NCBI GenBank assembly: GCA_963771465.1 | Contig: CAVYTU010000014.1 | Coordinates: 192,001 to 256,000 of the forward strand | Direction of reading: 5' to 3' | From: an uncultured delta proteobacterium | GTDB lineage: Bacteria > Desulfobacterota > Binatia > UBA9968 | DNA length: 64,000 nt | Shown here: positions 1-9,916 of the stretch, in pieces | Position numbering within the stretch: position 1 is the stretch's first letter | How the letters are laid out: each line of letters begins with the position of its first letter | Notes under the pieces: generated by a model | The model's database searches: none | What the model saw: the letters and a program-made list of their open reading frames with translations, nothing else | What the model was told of the DNA's origin: nothing | Made by a program: the position numbers and the translations under genes

Positions 1-384
1 ACCCATCGCCTTGAGAAAGGTCGGGAACAGGATGCCGATGCTGAGCAGGCTCATGGCCAGCGCCTTGTAGCGCATGTCGGTGCGCTCGACGAGCCAAGCA
101 AAGATAAATCCCAGCGGCACTGACACCGCGATCGTCACCGCGGAAAAATAAAGCGTCGTCCACATCACCTTGTAGGTGTACGGATCGGCGAGGATCGCCG
201 AGTAATTCTTAAGAGTGTAATCAGACGACTGGCCCGGCACGCCCGTGCGCAAACTCATCCAGACGATCATGCCCAAGAGGATAAGGATCGCCAGCGCCGC
301 GCCGCACGCCACAGTCACCAATGATAACTTGGACCAGTTGATCGCTGGGCTACGCCGGTCGGGAAATATGACTTGGGTGGACAT
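1..384 (-). CDS. ABC transporter permease (FbpB/ThiP-like), runs off window edge
   Basis: Manual translation from ATG at 384 gives MSTQVIFPDRRSPAINW...YTLKNY...PLGFIFAWLVERTDMRYK; hydrophobic, with the AWLVERTD motif; downstream of two solute-binding genes. Confidence 0.85.
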   Translation of the reverse strand, partial: MSTQVIFPDRRSPAINWSKLSLVTVACGAALAILILLGMIVWMSLRTGVPGQSSDYTLKNYSAILADPYTYKVMWTTLYFSAVTIAVSVPLGFIFAWLVERTDMRYKALAMSLLSIGILFPTFLKAMG

Positions 385-421
385 TGGGACTCAATTCGTT
401 CGCGGGAATGCTCTGTTATTT

Positions 422-505
422 CGTCATTCCCGCGCACGCGGGAATCCAGATTGGGTCGAAGCTGCGCGGCACGAAGACTGGATTCCCGTTTACACGGGAA
501 TGACG
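422..505. repeat. REP-like palindromic element (GTCATTCCCGCG..GCGGGAATCCAG / CTGGATTCCCG..CGGGAATGAC), copy 1
   Basis: Two internal hairpins in inverted orientation; intergenic; related copy at 25260-25346. Confidence 0.8.
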
Positions 506-563
506 CATTGCTTATGGATCGGATGTTGCGCTATTGCGCATTTCGCCAGACTTGCAGACAAAC

Positions 564-1610
564 TCACTTCAGCAAAATCTTAGTTAACTCTTCTTCCAGC
601 GCAGTGTCTTCCTTTTGAAAAACCTCGTTGAGCTCTTTCGGATCTTGCAACTTGAGCTTGTTGGACTTCACGTATTTCGCCAAGATCGTTCCGTCGACTA
701 GATGAGAGCTTCGATAGTCTTGTTTTTCCAGCACGCTTTGCGCCTCTCGGGTCGCCATGAACGCGGCAAAGAGTTTGGCCATGTTCGGATGAGCCGAATT
801 TTTCGGCACCGACAATTGATAGTAAGAAGAGGTCGCCGGCGTCGAGCCCGGCAAGCCGACCAGTGGCGCGCCTTTGGCCTGCCACTTCCACATCGCTTCG
901 AGAGGGCCACCGGTGCTCGCCATGATCGGAAACTCGCCGCTAACGATACGCTCCTCTTCGCCTTGGCGCAGCCGTCCGCCGGCCAGCGGCGCCAGCTTAC
1001 GCGCGAACGACAACATCTTTTCCCTGCCCCATATCGGCGACACTCGGATCAGCCAGTGAATGTATGCGGGAATCGCCATCTTGCCCGCCCACGTCGGCGA
1101 CAGCGCCGGATCGATCAGGTCTTCGTAATTTTTCGGCGCCTTGTCTTTTGGGATCGCGTTGGAATTGTAAATGATGCCGTGAAACGACGCATAGACCAAC
1201 ACCGACTCTTGCGGAAAAATTTCCATCTCCTTGGTCACCCAGGGAAAAATTCCCGACCAGTTCACTTTTTGCAGCGCCTTTTCGAGATGCATGGTCATGT
1301 AGGTGCCGTCGGAGCCAAGATACAAATCGGTGGACGACTTGGTTCCCGCCTTTTGCTCGGTGATGATGCGCGCCGCCATCTGCGGAAAGCTTGGACCGCC
1401 GCTTAGATTCAACTTACCTTTGAACCCGTAACGTTTAGCGAACAGCGCCTCGAGCTCGGCAAATCCCTTCTTGCCGCCAAAGGTCGAGGTGCTTGCCATC
1501 AACGTCACCTCGCCTTCCTTCTTAGCCTCGGCGACGATCTGCTCGAGCTTCTGCCCAAGCGCAAGCTGCGGCAATAATAACAAAGCGGCAACAATGAGTT
1601 TCAACACCAC
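564..1610 (-). CDS. ABC transporter extracellular solute-binding protein (Fe/thiamine/polyamine-type)
   Basis: Signal peptide then AEAKKEG; YNSN..KAPKNYEDL and SAHPNMAKLF motifs; start set at the GTG after AAGGAG (ORF track start 1673 runs into repeats). Confidence 0.85.
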   Translation of the reverse strand: MVLKLIVAALLLLPQLALGQKLEQIVAEAKKEGEVTLMASTSTFGGKKGFAELEALFAKRYGFKGKLNLSGGPSFPQMAARIITEQKAGTKSSTDLYLGSDGTYMTMHLEKALQKVNWSGIFPWVTKEMEIFPQESVLVYASFHGIIYNSNAIPKDKAPKNYEDLIDPALSPTWAGKMAIPAYIHWLIRVSPIWGREKMLSFARKLAPLAGGRLRQGEEERIVSGEFPIMASTGGPLEAMWKWQAKGAPLVGLPGSTPATSSYYQLSVPKNSAHPNMAKLFAAFMATREAQSVLEKQDYRSSHLVDGTILAKYVKSNKLKLQDPKELNEVFQKEDTALEEELTKILLK

Positions 1611-1683
1611 ATTACTCCTTCTAAGTTGTAATGATTCAAGTCGAGGATGGAGGATGGCCCGATCAGAACGCAATCTCCGACGC

Positions 1684-1716
1684 CCATTTTCAATTCTCCA
1701 TTATCCATTCTCAATT
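1684..1716. repeat. Degenerate heptamer tandem repeat (C[AC]ATT[CAT]T), copy 1
   Basis: ccatttt-caattct-ccattat-ccattct-caatt; similar arrays at 6678-6710 and 44522-44571. Confidence 0.75.
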
Positions 1717-2849
1717 CAAGAGAGCGCTTCAACCGCATCGCGACTAGAATCGAACGTGATCGAGCCGTTTTCACTCGCATCGCGAATGACGCCGAACGGA
1801 TCTCTGCCTTGAGCTACGGCGTCGATGGAATCGCGGATCATTTTGCGAAGCAATAGAATTCCCTGGTCGGAGGTCGCCAGGTGCTCTTTGGTGCGATCGG
1901 CGATCACGCCCTGGGTTTCCTGCGCGACGCGGTCTTGCTCTCGATTCGGCAGATTCCACCAGCCGTCCTCGACGCGGCTGTAAACTCCCGGCTCGCTTTT
2001 GCGAAATCCCTTCACGCGCAACGGCTCCGGCCGGGTCGGCTTGCCGTCTTTATGTGGGTAGAAGTCGATGTAAAAAGTATTCGTCGTGTAGTCGTCTTTG
2101 GGCACGCGGAAGCGAATCACCTGGCGCGGCTGCTCGTCGATGCGCGCCGCGGAATGACGCACGTGGGACGGAAAGACAAAATGCGAAATGCGCGGCTTCC
2201 CAACGCCTTCGACCCAAGTGGTTTCTTTGATGCCGAACGGCGTGGGCTCCCACTTCATCGTCGGCCGCTTCATCGCCATGTTCGGATAGCCCGCGGCGTG
2301 CAGCGCGATCGAATGCGCGCCGTCGGCGGAATTTTCCGCGCGCTGCAGCCAATTGCAAAATTCTTCACCGCCGCCAAGCACACGGCAGCCATCATCGCGC
2401 ACAAGCAAATCATAAGGTGGCAAAAGCGGCGCCGGCTCGGGCCCAACGTAGGCAAAAACTAATCCGCCGGCATCCTGCGCATAATAAGCCGGATGCTTCA
2501 CCCGAGTTTTGAATGTGCTATCCGCCGGCTCCGCCGGCTGTTCTAAGCAATTTCCCCGCACATCCCAAAGCCAGCCGTGATAGCAACAACGAAGTCCATT
2601 GTCTTCGACTCTGCCAAATTCCAAAGACGAGCCGCGATGCGAACAGTGCAGAGCGACCAGCCCCAACTTTCCCCCGCCGTCGCGAAACAGCACGAAGTCC
2701 TCAGCCAGCAGCGTAATCTTGGTCGGCGCCGCCTTGGCCTTCACCTGCTCCGAAAACGCCACCGGCCACCAGTAGCGCCGCAGCATTTCACCGGCAGGCT
2801 TTCCAGGACCGACGCGGGTCATCAATTCGTTCTCTTGTGCTGTAAGCAT
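1716..2849 (-). CDS. Rieske non-heme iron oxygenase alpha subunit (phthalate 4,5-dioxygenase/LigXa-like)
   Basis: Rieske ligands CSH...CCYH; mononuclear Fe motif ENSADGAHSIALH; C-terminal EQD..AQE and HLATSD. Confidence 0.9.
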   Translation of the reverse strand: MLTAQENELMTRVGPGKPAGEMLRRYWWPVAFSEQVKAKAAPTKITLLAEDFVLFRDGGGKLGLVALHCSHRGSSLEFGRVEDNGLRCCYHGWLWDVRGNCLEQPAEPADSTFKTRVKHPAYYAQDAGGLVFAYVGPEPAPLLPPYDLLVRDDGCRVLGGGEEFCNWLQRAENSADGAHSIALHAAGYPNMAMKRPTMKWEPTPFGIKETTWVEGVGKPRISHFVFPSHVRHSAARIDEQPRQVIRFRVPKDDYTTNTFYIDFYPHKDGKPTRPEPLRVKGFRKSEPGVYSRVEDGWWNLPNREQDRVAQETQGVIADRTKEHLATSDQGILLLRKMIRDSIDAVAQGRDPFGVIRDASENGSITFDSSRDAVEALS

Positions 2850-3951
2850 GTTCTCTTCCTGACTCTGATGCTGACTCATCCTGTTTGAGCATCTTCGTCA
2901 ACTCTTCTTTGAACTCCAAGCCACTATCCTCGCCTTGCAGATAGAAGTTAATCGAGTCTTTGGCTTCCTGCAGCTTGATCTTATTCTGTTTCAAATAATT
3001 CGACATCAGCGTGCCTTCGACTAAATGCGAAGTTCGAAAATCATGTTTCTCCAGGATCGCCTGGGCTTCCTTCGAGGCCATGAAGCCGACAAAGAGTTTC
3101 GATAGATTCGGATGCGCGGAATTCTTCGGCACGGCGAGTTGAAAATAGGACGGCAGCACCGGCATCGAGCCCATCACCGCGACCAGCGGCGCGCCTTTGG
3201 CTTGCCACTGCCACATTTGTTCCGTCGCGCCGCCCATGTTGGCGGCGATGGGAAATTCGCCGCTGACCACGCGCTCTTCTTCGCTGTAGCGCAGCCGGCC
3301 GCCGCTCAGCGCGACCAATCTCTTGGTGAAATTCTTTACTTTCTCTTCGCTCCAGATCATCGACAACTCGACCAACCATGATACATACGGTGGAATCGCC
3401 AGCTTGCCGGCCCAAGTGGGACTCAACTTAGGGTCGACCAAATCTTCGTAGGTTTTCGGCGCCTTCTCTTTCGGGATCAGCTTTGAATTGTAAATCATGC
3501 CGCGCAACGAAGTGAAAATCAGCACGCCCTCGCCCGGAAAAATTTCCATCTCCTTGGTGATCCATGGAAAGACACCTGAATAATTGACCCGCTCCAAAGC
3601 TTTCTCTTTATGCAGCAAGGACAGATGAGACTGCGAACCGTGATAGAGATCGCTGGAAGCCTTGGCGCCGTTTTTCAGCTCGGTAATCACCCGCGCTGCC
3701 ATCGCGTTCATCTCCGGCCCAGCGGAAAAACGAATTTTCATGTTTAGACCGAAGCGTTTGTTAAACGCCGCCTCAAGCAGACTCAAATTCTTCTGCCCGC
3801 CAAAAGTTTGTGCCCCGGCGATGAATGTAATCTCCGGTTCCTTCTTCGCCCCGGCAATCAGCTGTTCCAACGTTTCCGCAGCTAGCGCCAAATGAAGTGG
3901 AAGTAGCACGAATAAAAGCAACCAACAAATAATTCGTCTACAGCTTTGCAT
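2788..3951 (-). CDS. ABC transporter solute-binding protein, paralog of 564-1610; 3' end probably over-extended
   Basis: Clear similarity to the neighbouring paralog, which ends at EELTKILLK; here the frame continues ~24 aa into the Rieske gene, and one extra G near 2880 would restore a TGA. Confidence 0.85.
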   Translation of the reverse strand: MQSCRRIICWLLLFVLLPLHLALAAETLEQLIAGAKKEPEITFIAGAQTFGGQKNLSLLEAAFNKRFGLNMKIRFSAGPEMNAMAARVITELKNGAKASSDLYHGSQSHLSLLHKEKALERVNYSGVFPWITKEMEIFPGEGVLIFTSLRGMIYNSKLIPKEKAPKTYEDLVDPKLSPTWAGKLAIPPYVSWLVELSMIWSEEKVKNFTKRLVALSGGRLRYSEEERVVSGEFPIAANMGGATEQMWQWQAKGAPLVAVMGSMPVLPSYFQLAVPKNSAHPNLSKLFVGFMASKEAQAILEKHDFRTSHLVEGTLMSNYLKQNKIKLQEAKDSINFYLQGEDSGLEFKEELTKMLKQDESASESGREHAYSTRERIDDPRRSWKACR

Positions 3952-4007
3952 CACGCCTTCCGCTCCAAGACACATTCGACCTTGAACCCTAGAACTATTG
4001 ACCGATT

Positions 4008-5156
4008 TTACCTTAGCAGTTCTTCATACGGTCGCAGCCTAATCAGCTCGTTCTTCTTGGCATCGCGAATTACTCCCAGTGGATCGCGCCCTTGTTTGAT
4101 CGCCTCCATGCCGTCTTTGTAAATCCGCCTTAATAAAATTACCCCCTTGTCGGTGGTGACCAAGTGCTCGGTCGTGCGGTCATAGATCGTCCCCTGGCTC
4201 TCCTGCGCCGCGCGATCTTGGTCCTCCCGTGCGATCCAACCGATTTCCTCGCTCCAGCGATACTCGCCCGGTTTGCTCGCCTGCACGCCCTCCGCCGAGC
4301 GGTCCTTCATGAGCTTGGCCGTGAGCTTGCCGTCGATCACGGTGGCGAACTCCACAGTGTAGTGAATCGTGCTGAAATCATCGATCGGCACGCGCCAGCG
4401 CATCACTTCGCAGGAACTGCTCGCGCGGTGCTCGGTCGGATGGCCTTCATCGACGTTGCCGGTCTTGTTCATCGTCGGCATGACGAAGAAATTCACATGC
4501 GCCCACTCCTTGCCGCCAACCTTGCGCGTGTAGGTATTGAGCACGCCGTGCTCGAAGATTTGCGGATTGATTTCGCCGTCTTCCCAGTTAGGCGTTGTCA
4601 GGCCGCGATGCAGCCACTTCAAATGATTTTGGTCCACGGAGTTCTCGATCATCTGGAAATAATTACAATTGACAGTGCGCGCGCGCATGGCCCGCTGGCC
4701 GTCCTGGCGAACCAACACGTCGTAGCGCGGCAACAGCGGCGCCGGCTCCGGCCCCATGTAGACAAACAACACACCGCCGAGTTCCTGAACTTTGTAAGAA
4801 GGCTGGCGTACACGATCTTTGAACGTGCTTCCCGCCGGTTCGCCGGGAGTCTCCATGACTGTGCCGTCAACGCCGTAAAGCCAGCCATGATAACAACAGC
4901 GCAAGCCGCCATTCTCAAGGTGGCCAAACTCAAGCGAAGTACCGCGATGGATACAGCGCAACGCTAATACACCGAACTTATCGTTCTCATCGCGAAACAA
5001 AACGACATCTTCGCCGAGAATCCGCTTGCGCTTCGGCTTACCCTGCAACTCATTGGCAAACGCGATCGGCTGCCAATAACGCCGCAGCAACGCTCCCGCA
5101 GGTTTTCCCTGCCCGACCTGCGTCAACATGTCATTTTCTTCTTTGCTGAGTGCCAT
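4008..5156 (-). CDS. Rieske non-heme iron oxygenase alpha subunit
   Basis: CIH...CCYH, ENSVDQNHLKWLH; start set at MALSKEENDML because the ORF-track extension overlaps selA. Confidence 0.9.
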   Translation of the reverse strand: MALSKEENDMLTQVGQGKPAGALLRRYWQPIAFANELQGKPKRKRILGEDVVLFRDENDKFGVLALRCIHRGTSLEFGHLENGGLRCCYHGWLYGVDGTVMETPGEPAGSTFKDRVRQPSYKVQELGGVLFVYMGPEPAPLLPRYDVLVRQDGQRAMRARTVNCNYFQMIENSVDQNHLKWLHRGLTTPNWEDGEINPQIFEHGVLNTYTRKVGGKEWAHVNFFVMPTMNKTGNVDEGHPTEHRASSSCEVMRWRVPIDDFSTIHYTVEFATVIDGKLTAKLMKDRSAEGVQASKPGEYRWSEEIGWIAREDQDRAAQESQGTIYDRTTEHLVTTDKGVILLRRIYKDGMEAIKQGRDPLGVIRDAKKNELIRLRPYEELLR

Positions 5157-5294
5157 TGAATTCCCTCTACCTACAATGTAATTCGCTTGATTTGCTTCCA
5201 GAGATAGCCGAGATTCTCTCGTAGTGTCAAGGAACGACTTCGCTAAGAACCTACGTTGAAATTGTCCCTTCGCTGTGCAAATCTTTGAATTCTC

Positions 5295-6680
5295 ATGGCC
5301 GACCAAACCGCGAGCTTGCTGCGCGAACTTCCTTCCATCGATCGCTTGCTTAACCATGCGCGCTGCGCTGTGCTGCTCACCCGTTACAATCGCGATTACG
5401 TCGCACAAAAATGCCGAGAGATTCTCGATCGCGCGCGCGGAGAAATCAGACAAGGGAAGAGTCAAGCGCTCAATGACGACGTCATTCTCGATCAAGTCGA
5501 GGCGCAGATCGAAATGGAAAGCCGGCCCGGCCACATCCGTGTCGTCAACGCCACCGGCACTATTCTGCACACCAATCTCGGCCGCGCTTTACTCTCCCAG
5601 CCGGCCATCGAAGCGATGTTGGCGGTCGCCGGCAATCCGATCAATTTGGAATACGATCTCGCCGCCGGCAAACGCGGCAAGCGCGAAGAAACGCTCGAAC
5701 AACTGTTAGTGCAGCTGACCGGCGCCGAAGCAGCTACGGTCGTGAATAACAACGCGGCAGCTGTGCTGCTGGGGTTGAACTCGCTGGCGCAAGGCAAAGA
5801 AGTGATCGTCTCACGCGGCGAGCTCATCGAGATCGGCGGTGCTTTTCGCATCCCGGAAATTATGGCCAAGAGCGGCGCAGTCCTGCGCGAGGTCGGCGCG
5901 ACTAACAGAACCCATCCGGCGGATTACGAAAATGCCATCAATGAAAATACCGCGCTTTTGTTAAAAGTTCACACCAGCAATTACAAGGTCGTCGGCTTCA
6001 CCGCCGAAGTCGAGCTGGAGCAAATGGTCGCCATCGGCAGGAAGCACAACCTACCGGTGATGGAAGATCTCGGCAGCGGCGCGCTCATCGATCTAAGCAA
6101 ATACGGCCTGCCGAAAGAACCCATCGTCGCCGAGAGAATCCAAGCCGGCGCCGATATAGTCACATTTAGCGGCGATAAAATTCTCGGCGGTCCGCAAGCG
6201 GGCTTGATGGTCGGCAAAAAAGAGCTGATCGGCAAGATGAGCAAAAATCATCTGCAACGCGCATTGCGCTGCGGCAAGCTGACTCTGGCAGCGCTGGAAG
6301 CGACCCTGCGCCGTTACCGCCAGTCGCCGAACATCGTCGAAGAAATTCCGACCCTGCGAGCATTCACGAGACCAGTCGATGAAGTCCGAGCAATGGGCGT
6401 GCAATTGCTACCCAAACTCGAAACCGCCCTCGGCAAAGACTTCCACCTGTCGCTGCAAGACTCGACATCTCAAATCGGCAGCGGCGCGATGCCGACGGAA
6501 GAATTGCCCACGGTTGTCATCACAATCGAAAACTCAAAACTCAGCGCCAACATCATCGCCAAACGATTTCGTCAGGCCAATCCGCCGATCATCGGCCGCA
6601 TCAACGATGACAAATTTCTCCTCGACCTAAGAACAATCTTCGACGTCAACGATCTCATCCCAGTATTCAATTCCGAATAA
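5295..6680 (+). CDS. selA: L-seryl-tRNA(Sec) selenium transferase
   Basis: VVNATGTILHTNLGRA, SRGELIEIGG.FRIP and PLP-lysine FSGDKILGGPQAG motifs. Confidence 0.97.
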   Translation: MADQTASLLRELPSIDRLLNHARCAVLLTRYNRDYVAQKCREILDRARGEIRQGKSQALNDDVILDQVEAQIEMESRPGHIRVVNATGTILHTNLGRALLSQPAIEAMLAVAGNPINLEYDLAAGKRGKREETLEQLLVQLTGAEAATVVNNNAAAVLLGLNSLAQGKEVIVSRGELIEIGGAFRIPEIMAKSGAVLREVGATNRTHPADYENAINENTALLLKVHTSNYKVVGFTAEVELEQMVAIGRKHNLPVMEDLGSGALIDLSKYGLPKEPIVAERIQAGADIVTFSGDKILGGPQAGLMVGKKELIGKMSKNHLQRALRCGKLTLAALEATLRRYRQSPNIVEEIPTLRAFTRPVDEVRAMGVQLLPKLETALGKDFHLSLQDSTSQIGSGAMPTEELPTVVITIENSKLSANIIAKRFRQANPPIIGRINDDKFLLDLRTIFDVNDLIPVFNSE

Positions 6681-6710
6681 TTTTCAATTCTCCATTATCA
6701 ATTTTCAATT
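6678..6710. repeat. Degenerate heptamer tandem repeat, copy 2 (fills the selA-selB gap)
   Basis: taatttt-caattct-ccattat-caatttt-caatt. Confidence 0.75.
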
Positions 6711-6716
6711 AACCCC

Positions 6717-8649
6717 ATGCCCTACATCATCGGCACCGCCGGCCATATCGATCACGGCAAAACCAGCTTGATCAAAGCCCTCACCGGCACCGACACCGAC
6801 CGGTTTAAAGGAAGAAAAAGAGCGCGGCATCTCCATCGATCTCGGCTTCGCTCATCTCGATTTGCCAGATGGCACTTCAGCGGGCGTTGTTGACGTGCCC
6901 GGTCACGAGCGTTTTATCAAGAACATGCTCGCTGGCGCCCATGGCATTGATCTCGTCTTGTTCACCGTCGCCGCTGACGACGGCGTCATGCCCCAGACCG
7001 AAGAGCATTTGGACATCGTTCATCTGCTCGGCGTCAAGATGGCGATCTTCGTCATCACCAAAGCCGACTTGGTGCCGCCGGCAAGAATCCCCGATGTCGA
7101 AGAAGAGATCGAGATCATCACTCTCGGCACAACCTTGGAAAACTCGCCGAAGCTCGCGGTCTCTTCGACCACCGGCCAAGGTTTGGAAGAATTGAAGCAA
7201 CTGATCTCAGAGACCCTCAAATCCGCCACCCATTCAGCACCGAGCGGCTATTTCCGTTTGCCGGTGGATCGCGCCTTTGTGCTCCAAGGCCACGGCGTCG
7301 TCGTCACCGGCACCGGACTCAGCGGCGAGATCAAAGTCGGCGAGCAGGTGCGCTGCTTGCCGGGCGACCATCTGTTTCGCGTGCGCAGTTTGCAGGTACA
7401 CGGCCAAGCCGTCGAGCGCGCCGGTTGGGGCCAGCGCGTCGCGATGAATCTGACCGGCCCGGAGCGCGCTTCCATCGAGCGCGGCCAAGTCATCTGCCAC
7501 GAGAAACTGTCACTGACTTCGGATCGCTTCGACGCGTATTTGGAAGTGCGTCCGGCGGCGGCCAAAGGGATCAAGAATCATCAGCGTCTGCGCATCCACA
7601 TGGGCGCGGCGGAGCGCTTGGGGAAAATTGTTTTGCTCGGCGATAAACAAAAAGCCGAGCCGAAACAATCCGTCTATTGCCAGATCACGCTTGCAGAACC
7701 GCTGCTCGTCCTGCGCGGCGATCATTTCGTCGCCCGCGATGAAACCGCGCAACGAACGCTCGGCGGCGGCATGGTGATCCATCCCTGGTCCAAGCGCCAC
7801 AAACGCGGCGACGCCAATTTGCCGGGCCGGCTTAAAGCGCTCCACGTAGGCGAGTTCGCCGAGCTGATGGAAAGTTTTTTGAACGAAAGCTCGGCGTTCG
7901 CATTGCCCATCGACGCCATCTACCAGTTTCTCAATCTGCGCGAGGAAGAGGCCCGGCAAAAAGTCGACGCGCAGAAGTCGCTGCGGGCGATCAACGCCGA
8001 AGGTGAGAAAGTCTACACGACGGAAGCGAAATGGAATCGGCTTAAAGACCAATTGCTAAAAACTCTCAAGGAGTTCCACGCCGGCCACCCGCTCGTTCCC
8101 GGCATGGACATGGAAGAGCTGCGCGGCAAGCTCGTCTATGAACTGTCGCCGAAAATATTCCGCGTCGTCATCGAACTATTCATCAACGAGAAACTCATCG
8201 CCAAGGAAGAAAACCTGCTGCGCCTGGCGAGCCATAAAGTTCAGCTCGGCGGCCAGGAAACGGTTTTGATGGACAAGATCAAAAAACTTCTCGGCGAGCA
8301 GCCGCTGGCGCCGCCGGACTTGAAAGAAATAGAAAAGCAGGCCGGCGTGCCGCGCAACCGGCTCACCGAAGTGATTCGCCTGCTCGAACGGGAAGGCTCA
8401 GTCGTGCGCGTGACCACGGACATGTATTTTCTTGCCAGCAGCATCGAGCAGTTGCGCGCAACGCTGGTGCAATTCTTGAGTGAAAAGGGCGAGATGAACG
8501 CCGCGGCTTTCCGCGATCTCATCGGCTCAAGCCGCAAATACACGATACCGCTATTGGAATACTTCGACCGCGCCGGGCTGACGATCCGTATCGGCGACAT
8601 CCGCAAACTCAAAGGGTCCAACGCGGCGGCAAAAAACTCCACGCGTTGA
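6717..8649 (+). CDS. selB: Selenocysteine-specific elongation factor, with an apparent +1 frameshift at 6804-6806
   Basis: ATG 6717 gives [20 protein letters not shown]; removing one T from cggTTTaaag restores [16 protein letters not shown] and joins the 6862-8649 ORF ([13 protein letters not shown]-terminal [13 protein letters not shown]). Confidence 0.95.
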
Positions 8650-8683
8650 ATTCAATCGCGCTTCGATCTAAAGTTGCAGCATT

Positions 8684-9739
8684 ATGATCCTTGGAAAAAA
8701 GAAAGCGGTGCGCTTGACGCAAGAGGTCAAGGCCGCGGGTTGAGCCGCTAAGCTCGGCCCCGCCGACCTCGCGCAAGTTTTGCGCGACCTACCGAAGTTC
8801 AAACATCCCGACATGCTGGTCGGCACCGAAACCGCCGACGACGCCGGCGTGTTTCGACTGCGGCCCGACCTGGCCATCGTCAACACGGTGGATTTTTTCA
8901 CACCCATCGTCGACGATCCCTATCTGTTCGGCCAGATTTCCGCCGCCAATTCGCTGAGCGATGTTTACGCCATGGGCGGCGAGCCCAAGACCTGCATGAA
9001 CATCGTCTGTTTTCCCAAGGGCAAAATGGACTTCTCCATTCTCGGTGAGATCCTCAAAGGCGGCGCCGACAAGGTTATAGAAAGCGGCGCAGTGATCATC
9101 GGCGGCCACAGTATCATCGACGAAGAAATAAAATATGGCATGTCCGTTACCGGCGTCATTCATCCGGACAAAATCTTTCGCAACGTCGGCGTCCAGGAAG
9201 GCGATGTGTTAATTTTGACCAAACCGCTTGGCACCGGCATCGTCACGACCGCGCTCAAACGGGGCAAAGCGTCTGAAGAGAGCGTCAGCCAAGCTGTGGC
9301 TTCCATGACCGCGCTCAATGCCGCCGCCTCTCTCGTCGCGCGCAAACATCCGGTTCACGCGGTTTCCGATGTCACCGGATTTGGCATCCTCGGCCACGCT
9401 CAGGAAATGGCCAGCGGCAGCGGCATTACGCTGATCATTGAATCCGCCAAACTGCCGCTTTTGAAAAGCGCGGTGCGTCTGGCCGAAAAGGGTTACATCA
9501 CGGGCGGCTGCAAACGCAATAAAGATTATCTCGATGATAAGATGGCGATCGAAAAATCCATTCGCGAAGGTCTCGTCGAAGTTGCCCTCGACCCGCAAAC
9601 CTCCGGCGGCCTGCTCATCGCCGTCGCCAAACGCCACGCCGCCAAAGTCGTCGAAGAGCTCCACGCCGCCGGCGTCGCAGCGGCCTGCGAAGTCGGCTAC
9701 GCGATTTCACAGCAGAAGCCGTGGGTGCGTTTGGTTTGA
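8684..9739 (+). CDS. selD: Selenophosphate synthetase, selenoprotein form (UGA = Sec at codon 20, 8741-8743)
   Basis: MILGKKKAVRLTQEVKAAG-TGA-AAKLGP is in frame with the 8780 ORF (DDAGV, TVDFFTPIVDDP, SDVYAMGG, DPQTSGGLL); the UGA sits at the catalytic G[C/U]xxK position; GTG 8708 is an alternative start. Confidence 0.95.
8769..8787 (+). promoter_or_regulatory. Putative bacterial SECIS hairpin of selD
   Basis: Perfect 8-bp stem TCGCGCAA/TTGCGCGA with a G-first loop (GTT) starting 33 nt after the UGA. Confidence 0.7.
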
Positions 9740-9916
9740 CGTAGTACGCCGCGTTGGCGCACGGCGAATTGCATCTTCTGCCGGGTTTTTTGCGGCTGCC
9801 AGCAGGTTCGATGGGAGGAAGCTAACCCGCCTCGTTTTCCAAAGTCAGAATGTGTCGCCTGCTGCCCGATGTCCAGCGGGAAAACCTGCTCCCGTCTGCT
9901 AGACTGCGATCAAGTC

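Noticed and set aside
5157-5570. N-terminal extension of the 4008-5570 ORF
   Set aside because: Antisense overlap with selA; the paralog starts at the equivalent of MALSKEEND
6801-6812. Programmed frameshift in selB at TTTAAAG
   Set aside because: A +1 shift is needed, the heptamer is not phased for -1 slippage, and similar single-base insertions occur in unrelated genes; assembly error is simpler
9754-9774. Sigma54 promoter upstream of malQ
   Set aside because: GG-to-GC spacing does not fit -24/-12
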